Part shown: piece by piece, positions 52,875 to 57,516 of the stretch | Position numbering within the stretch: position 1 is the first letter of the stretch | Layout: the number at the start of each line of letters is the position of its first letter | From: an uncultured virus (IMG/VR IMGVR_UViG_3300032770_000008) | Lineage: Duplodnaviria > Heunggongvirae > Uroviricota > Caudoviricetes | IMG/VR virus record: IMGVR_UViG_3300032770_000008 | Reading direction: 5' to 3' (one strand) | DNA: 57,516 nucleotides | Made by a program: the position numbers and the translations under genes | Notes under the pieces: model-generated | The model's database searches: none | What the model saw: the letters and a program-made list of their open reading frames with translations, nothing else | What the model was told of the DNA's origin: nothing

Positions 52875-54260
52875 CTAAACTCGGTTGGAGAAGTTGGCGC
52901 CCATGCCCAGAAGTTTCGACGGATCCTCGATCCAGCCGTCCTCGGTCCACTGCGAGAACTTGGTCGGTCGCGCCGTGCGCACCGCGCAGTGAACCATCAG
53001 GACACCCTCCGCCGGCACCATGTGTGCCGGCAAGATGCCGAGCTTGATCACGACGTCGCGCGGGATCATCTGGTACTTGACGACCGGCTCCGCGGGCGCG
53101 CCAGCCGCGATGAGCTCGGACGTGCGCCAGGCGACGAGGTTATCGCAGTTGTGCACGAGCACGTCAGACTCAGGAAGCCAGAAGCGGCCGGAGTCCGTCG
53201 TGATATCGCCGCAGAGCTCGACGCCCGCGGCCGCGATCGATCGAACACGCGCGAATTTCTTGTCACGGCGCTCGGCGTAGCCCTCGCGCGTCTTCACGCG
53301 CGGAATCACGCGGTAGATCGGATTCTCACCGAGCCCTCCGTGATCATCCACGCGACGGATCGACACGCTGATCCCGAGCATCCGGTGCAGGATCCGCAGC
53401 TGTAGTGCGAGCTGCCGCGACGTCGTCGAGTAAACGAGCGACGACTCCGAGTTTCCCGTCTCGGCACGACCCGCGTCGGCGGCAAGTCCTTCGATCACGA
53501 CGCGCACGCTCTCGTCCGACGCGAAGCGCAGCGACGCGAGGTGTTTCTCGGGAGCGGTGTGGCCACACTTCGCGAAGAAATCCGCGATCAGACGATCGTT
53601 GATCGCGATGTCTTGGGCCACGCGCGGCACCGAGCTTCCCTGCACGAGGTCGTCGCCGATTCGCACCTCGCTTGCACGGATCTCCTCGACGCGGCCGTCG
53701 ACGTCGCGGAACACACGATGCTCCGACGAGCAGCGCAGCGTGCAGCCGTTCGAGAGCCCGAGCGCAAGGATCTCCTTCTCGCCCGTGACGACGGCTTCCT
53801 GCACCGTCGTCCACGCTCCGTCACCGAGGATCCGATCGCCGGGACGAAGATGTGCGAACGCGACCGTCTGGTAGTCGTCGCGCAGAACGAGCGTCGACAA
53901 CGGCAGACAGTCCCCGCAGCCTCGCTCGAGCACGGTGTAGACATCGCGCCAATCTTCGTGACCCGGCTCGTCCTCCTTGTAGTAGACGCCCGAGAGGTAG
54001 AGCGGCGGGATGGGCGCGCCGAGGCCCTTCTCCGCGCGGCGGAGCGCGCGACGGATGTGCCACAGGTTCACGGCGATCATCGCCTCGAGCGCGAGCACGA
54101 TCGGCGCGACGTGACGATCACCGGCGGAAAAATTCTCGTCGCCATCGTCTTCGGGAAGCGTGATGTGAAGCAGCGGCGTCAGCTTCGATCGCGGAGAACG
54201 CGCGCTCCACGATCGATCACCCGGCAACGGCGCTCCCAGGCGAACCTGTTGGACCATCAT
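52875..54260 (-). CDS. Transglutaminase-like Cys protease/transferase, intein-interrupted
   Basis: Exteins join as EDWRD...RGCGD|CDNLVAWRTSEL...MVHCAV...IEDPSKLLGM (Cys-His-Asp order); spliced product about 207 aa. Confidence 0.8.
   Translation of the reverse strand: MMVQQVRLGAPLPGDRSWSARSPRSKLTPLLHITLPEDDGDENFSAGDRHVAPIVLALEAMIAVNLWHIRRALRRAEKGLGAPIPPLYLSGVYYKEDEPGHEDWRDVYTVLERGCGDCLPLSTLVLRDDYQTVAFAHLRPGDRILGDGAWTTVQEAVVTGEKEILALGLSNGCTLRCSSEHRVFRDVDGRVEEIRASEVRIGDDLVQGSSVPRVAQDIAINDRLIADFFAKCGHTAPEKHLASLRFASDESVRVVIEGLAADAGRAETGNSESSLVYSTTSRQLALQLRILHRMLGISVSIRRVDDHGGLGENPIYRVIPRVKTREGYAERRDKKFARVRSIAAAGVELCGDITTDSGRFWLPESDVLVHNCDNLVAWRTSELIAAGAPAEPVVKYQMIPRDVVIKLGILPAHMVPAEGVLMVHCAVRTARPTKFSQWTEDGWIEDPSKLLGMGANFSNRV
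53148..53909 (-). mobile_element. Intein (254 aa) with partial LAGLIDADG homing endonuclease
   Basis: Starts CLPLST; block B CSSEHRVF; block F CGDITT; ends VLVHN before the +1 Cys. Retains EGLAADAG and YSTTSRQLA.QL..L..MLGI. Confidence 0.92.
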
Positions 54261-54529
54261 CAGGCGGCTCCTTTCGGCGGCGGCTCTTCGCTCGCGCGCT
54301 CGAGCACGCTCGACCACCACGCATCGAACCTTTCGGCTTGCGCCGCGATCCACGATTCGCTGCACGCGGCCTTCGTCGACGCGAATGCCGCGGTGTCCGT
54401 GCGCTCGTCCCACCAGCGACTGAACGCATCCCAGCTCACGCCCTCGGGCTCGAGGAGCAAGTAGCCGCGCGACTCCTGCCAGGATTCGAACGCGAGCTGC
54501 TTCACGGTACGCTGGAGGATCGTCGCCAT
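54260..54529 (-). CDS. Small protein with repeated FxxWW motifs
   Basis: FESW, FSRWW, ESW, FDAWW; stop overlaps the next start. Confidence 0.65.
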   Translation of the reverse strand: MATILQRTVKQLAFESWQESRGYLLLEPEGVSWDAFSRWWDERTDTAAFASTKAACSESWIAAQAERFDAWWSSVLERASEEPPPKGAA

Positions 54530-54536
54530 CTGATCC

Positions 54537-55127
54537 TTACGGCGTGGCCGTCACGACCGGCATCGTCGGGCTGACGAGCATGGCCGTCGTCGACTTCGCG
54601 ACACCGACGCGCGTGACCTGATTCCCTCCCGCGGGCGGCGTCGTCGTCAGCGTTCCCGCCGAGGCTCCGACGTAATACGACGCACCCGGTGTCAGACCGC
54701 CGACTTGACCGGTCACCGAATCCCACACCGAGGTGGCGAGGAGCAAGAACGTCAGGAGCGCGTACTCGACGATGTCACCGATCGGTGCCGTGTTCGATAC
54801 GAGTCCGATCGCGGACGCGTGCACGATCGTGTCGTTTTTGGCCGGCTGCGCGACGCCGTTGGAATCGATGTAGAAGGGCATACCCGGCGTGAGATTCGCT
54901 CCGGCGACGATCGCCGGCACGCCTTGCGTCTGACCGATCACGCCGATCACGGCGAGCGGACTGTTCTGTCCGTCGCCGACGATCGTCTGCGGATTCGAGA
55001 TCACACCGGTGAACGTCGGGCTCACCTGCTGGCCACCCTCGTCCGCGCGCGATCCCTCGACGATGACCTCGGTCGACGCGACCTGCGCGCCAGGTGACTG
55101 ACCTCCGCGAACGGTGACATCCGACAT
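54537..55127 (-). CDS. Putative virion protein, GDG-motif family with cement-protein-like C-terminus
   Basis: QTIVGDGQNSPLAVI; GLTPGASYYV...GTLTTTPP...RVGVA; GAGGAGG RBS. Confidence 0.75.
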   Translation of the reverse strand: MSDVTVRGGQSPGAQVASTEVIVEGSRADEGGQQVSPTFTGVISNPQTIVGDGQNSPLAVIGVIGQTQGVPAIVAGANLTPGMPFYIDSNGVAQPAKNDTIVHASAIGLVSNTAPIGDIVEYALLTFLLLATSVWDSVTGQVGGLTPGASYYVGASAGTLTTTPPAGGNQVTRVGVAKSTTAMLVSPTMPVVTATP

Positions 55128-55702
55128 CAGGTTCCTCCTCTTCGTGCAACGTCGACGGCAATCGTGATCCGCGGCGCCTGCCCGTCGTAGCGCGGCACGC
55201 GGTGGTTCATTTCTCCGGGAAACAAGACGAGCCGACCCGCCTTCGGCAAAACGGCGATCTCGCCATCGCGCACGATCGACGCATCGCCAGGCAAGGGGCG
55301 TGGCACGCGCTCGAAGATCGTCGGGACCAATGGATCTCCCGCGCGAACGTAGAAGCAACCCGACACGCGCGCGAGTCCATGCGCGTGTCGAAGATGCTCG
55401 CTGCCAGCGCGATTCACCATCGCCCAGCCGACCGGCGCGTGGCCGGCGAGAAAATCACGCGCGATCCGCGCGCGAAACAGCGCGCCGGGACCCGCGTCGA
55501 GAAAAGACTCGGCGCTCTTCCAACCGCCGACGTTCTTGGAGCCGATGCTCCGCTCGCGGCGCGATCGCATGAGGATCTCGGTGGCAAGATCGTCGACCAG
55601 ATCGAGGCACACGTCGTCGAACACGATGGGTCCCTCGCGCCGACACAGATCGACGAGGGACGCCAGCGAGGGCACCGACAAGGAGACGGCGGTCGCCACC
55701 AC
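55127..55702 (-). CDS. Putative 2OG-Fe(II) oxygenase
   Basis: GGWKS, WAMVN, HAH...VSGCFYV, G.LVLFP..MNHRV, RITIA. Confidence 0.8.
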   Translation of the reverse strand: MVATAVSLSVPSLASLVDLCRREGPIVFDDVCLDLVDDLATEILMRSRRERSIGSKNVGGWKSAESFLDAGPGALFRARIARDFLAGHAPVGWAMVNRAGSEHLRHAHGLARVSGCFYVRAGDPLVPTIFERVPRPLPGDASIVRDGEIAVLPKAGRLVLFPGEMNHRVPRYDGQAPRITIAVDVARRGGT

Positions 55703-55704
55703 GC

Positions 55705-56034
55705 CTAGTGATCCTCCGCCAACGTCTGCGCATTTTCGCCGTTCGCCTGCGTGCGCAACCGCTCGACGATCGCGGGCAATCCCTCGGTGTGCGTCGCGAT
55801 CTGCTGGAGCGCCGCGAGCATCTCCTGATGTTGCCGGCGCCGAGCCTCCCCATCGCGCGTGATCGCCGCGATGAGGCGATGCACCGCCTCGGCAAGATCC
55901 TGGATATGCCGCGGCTCGAGAAGACCATGATCGCTCGCGATCGCTTCGATCGAGCGTCCTGGACCGTCTGCCGGCACGGCGGCCGCGGTCGCGACACCGC
56001 GCGCCGGCGTGCGCTTGCGCGCGCGCGACGTCAC
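55705..56034 (-). CDS. Coiled-coil hypothetical protein
   Basis: GTGA-coupled start; helical composition. Confidence 0.55.
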   Translation of the reverse strand: MTSRARKRTPARGVATAAAVPADGPGRSIEAIASDHGLLEPRHIQDLAEAVHRLIAAITRDGEARRRQHQEMLAALQQIATHTEGLPAIVERLRTQANGENAQTLAEDH

Positions 56035-56630
56035 AGCTTCCCCGCGAGCCACTTGATCCCCTCCCACAGGGCCGGCATGCCGACGACCGCGCCGACGATC
56101 TTGGTGATGCGCTTGCGGCGCTCGCTGCGCGCGCGGATCACGTCGCGCTCCTTGGCCTTATCGAGCTCGACCTGGGCGCGCTTCTTCGCCTCTTCGATCT
56201 CGACCGCGGAGAGCTCCTTCGCCTTCTCGACCTCGATCTTGGCCTCCTCGCGTGCCTTGTCGACGTCCACCTTCGCGGTGAACGTGACGTGCTCGCGCGC
56301 GGCGCCCTGCTTGATGACCGATACGAGCTCGGGGAGCACCTCGAGCTGTCCCTCGATCCGTCCGACCGCCACGCGCGTCTGGGTTACAGCCTCGACGAGC
56401 CGATCGTGCTTCACTTCGAGTCGATCGAGGCGCTCACCGGTCGTTCGCTTCTCGCGACGCACGCGCTGGAGCTCCTCGCCCTCGTAATTCCCGGTAATCG
56501 GATCATCGAACTCCTCCGAGAGATCGTCGACCTGCGAGCTCGCGCGCTCGCGCCGGCTCCGATCCGACTCGAGCTCGCGCTCGGTCGGTCGTTGCAGGCG
56601 GGGCGGGCGGGGCGTCTTCTCATCGGGCAT
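56031..56630 (-). CDS. Coiled-coil protein with C-terminal membrane anchor
   Basis: DDPITG motif, VE(I/V/L)(E/D)KAK repeats, hydrophobic C-terminus. Confidence 0.7.
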   Translation of the reverse strand: MPDEKTPRPPRLQRPTERELESDRSRRERASSQVDDLSEEFDDPITGNYEGEELQRVRREKRTTGERLDRLEVKHDRLVEAVTQTRVAVGRIEGQLEVLPELVSVIKQGAAREHVTFTAKVDVDKAREEAKIEVEKAKELSAVEIEEAKKRAQVELDKAKERDVIRARSERRKRITKIVGAVVGMPALWEGIKWLAGKL

Positions 56631-56654
56631 GAGGTACTGCTCGTCGCAGGAAAA

Positions 56655-57290
56655 TTACTTCGTCGACGTCTCCTCGGCGCGGCGGCTCGATCCGCCAACC
56701 ACCGACGCGTAGAAGGCCACGCCGTCCGGATCCGCGCCGATGTACTCCACGATCATTTCGATCTTCTCCCTCGCCTCCGACCAGCTAACGAACCCATCGA
56801 TCGCGTTGGTCGCGAACATGTCGCCGGGAACGCCACCCGGCTGACTGAATTGCGTCCTACCGTCGACGAGCACGTCGTGAATCAACCAGTCCGACGCGCC
56901 GTACGTCGTGCCGGCCGCGGAGACAAAGACGCGCTCGGGCAGCATCGCCTGGAACGCGCGGGGTGTGAAGCCGCGTTTCTCCGCATCCGCGCGCGCATCG
57001 TCGCTCGAGATCGAAATCTTCTCGCCCCGGTGGCAGCGCAAACCGTGCGAGTTCATCGGCACTACGTCGCGAAAGCCGTAGCGCACCCCGGCGAGCTCGT
57101 CGACGTAGAGATCGAGCAGCGTCCCGAACGCCTCCGGCGGCAGCTCGAGTTGAAGACGCAGCTTCTCGACCTCACCGACTCGGATCTTCTTGAGGAAGGC
57201 TCCGACGCGCGCGATGGCACCGGTGTAATCCGCGTCGGTGATCTCGCGGTGTGCGAGGCGCGCGATCAGATAATCGTCGATCTTCGTCAT
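56655..57290 (-). CDS. Protein with C-terminal capsid-like beta-barrel domain (paralog of the upstream gene)
   Basis: PERVFV...SDWLIHDVLVDGRTQF...VPGDMF...IEMIVEYIG....AFYASVVG; start chosen from GGAAGG RBS downstream of the terminator. Confidence 0.65.
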   Translation of the reverse strand: MTKIDDYLIARLAHREITDADYTGAIARVGAFLKKIRVGEVEKLRLQLELPPEAFGTLLDLYVDELAGVRYGFRDVVPMNSHGLRCHRGEKISISSDDARADAEKRGFTPRAFQAMLPERVFVSAAGTTYGASDWLIHDVLVDGRTQFSQPGGVPGDMFATNAIDGFVSWSEAREKIEMIVEYIGADPDGVAFYASVVGGSSRRAEETSTK

Positions 57291-57363
57291 CTTCGTTTCG
57301 ACCTTCCTTTTCCTTCGCGCCCCTCTGTCGGCCTCGACCGACGCGCTGTCTGCCAGGAGGAGC

Positions 57364-57387
57364 AAAACGGCCGCCCGACGGGCGGCC
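57364..57387 (-). terminator. Intrinsic terminator after the putative capsid gene
   Basis: Perfect 8-bp stem GGCCGCCC-GTC-GGGCGGCC followed by GTTTT on the minus strand, 16 nt after the stop. Confidence 0.75.
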
Positions 57388-57403
57388 TTCTCTCACTACG
57401 TCC

Positions 57404-57514
57404 CTAGATCGCCGCCGTTCCCACGATCGAACCGTAGAACGGCAGACCGTGCTCCGCCGGACCCACGTAGGTCACGACCATGACCACGTCCATCGCCGTC
57501 TGGGCCGTCTCGAA
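57404..57514 (-). CDS. C-terminus of a putative major capsid-like protein (partial)
   Basis: FETAQTAMDVVMVVTYVGPAEHGLPFYGSIVGTAAI* aligns with the C-terminus of 56655-57290 and is followed by a terminator. Confidence 0.55.
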   Translation of the reverse strand, partial: FETAQTAMDVVMVVTYVGPAEHGLPFYGSIVGTAAI

Positions 57515-57516
57515 CG

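Noticed and set aside
1..57516. tRNA, rRNA, integrase/att site or terminal repeats
   Set aside because: None recognised; intergenic spaces are mostly too short, and no such motifs were seen by eye.

Overview
A GC-rich window that is almost entirely minus-strand coded and densely packed with ATGA/GTGA-coupled genes. It reads as part of a large bacterial virus or provirus; the host is unknown, although the GC content and one Cys-rich motif would fit Myxococcota. No rRNA, tRNA, housekeeping operon, terminase, portal or tail-tube/tape-measure gene was recognised. From left to right it contains: (1) the 3' end of a type V (Cas12m/V-U1-like) effector followed by a CRISPR array of 12 identical 36-bp repeats and 4 diverged, hairpin-conserving repeats with short (about 14-27 nt) spacers; (2) accessory genes including a truncated RadA and three DUF6527-like proteins; (3) two sugar-synthesis/glycosylation blocks (RmlB, DegT, GNAT, methyltransferases, five glycosyltransferases) flanking seven paralogous Ser/Thr/Gly-rich fibre-like genes; (4) a stand-alone biotin carrier, a prodomain-less sedolisin and an ARC/Mpa-like AAA+ ATPase; (5) two lytic transglycosylases; (6) a block of membrane/structural proteins sharing an 'MRGYY...(V/I/L)GA' leader and a repeated unnamed domain; (7) a transglutaminase-like Cys enzyme whose catalytic Cys is interrupted by an intein; and (8) two paralogous beta-rich capsid-like genes at the right edge. 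All calls come from reading motifs by eye; no database search was run, and many start codons were re-chosen from gene overlaps or RBS/-10 evidence.
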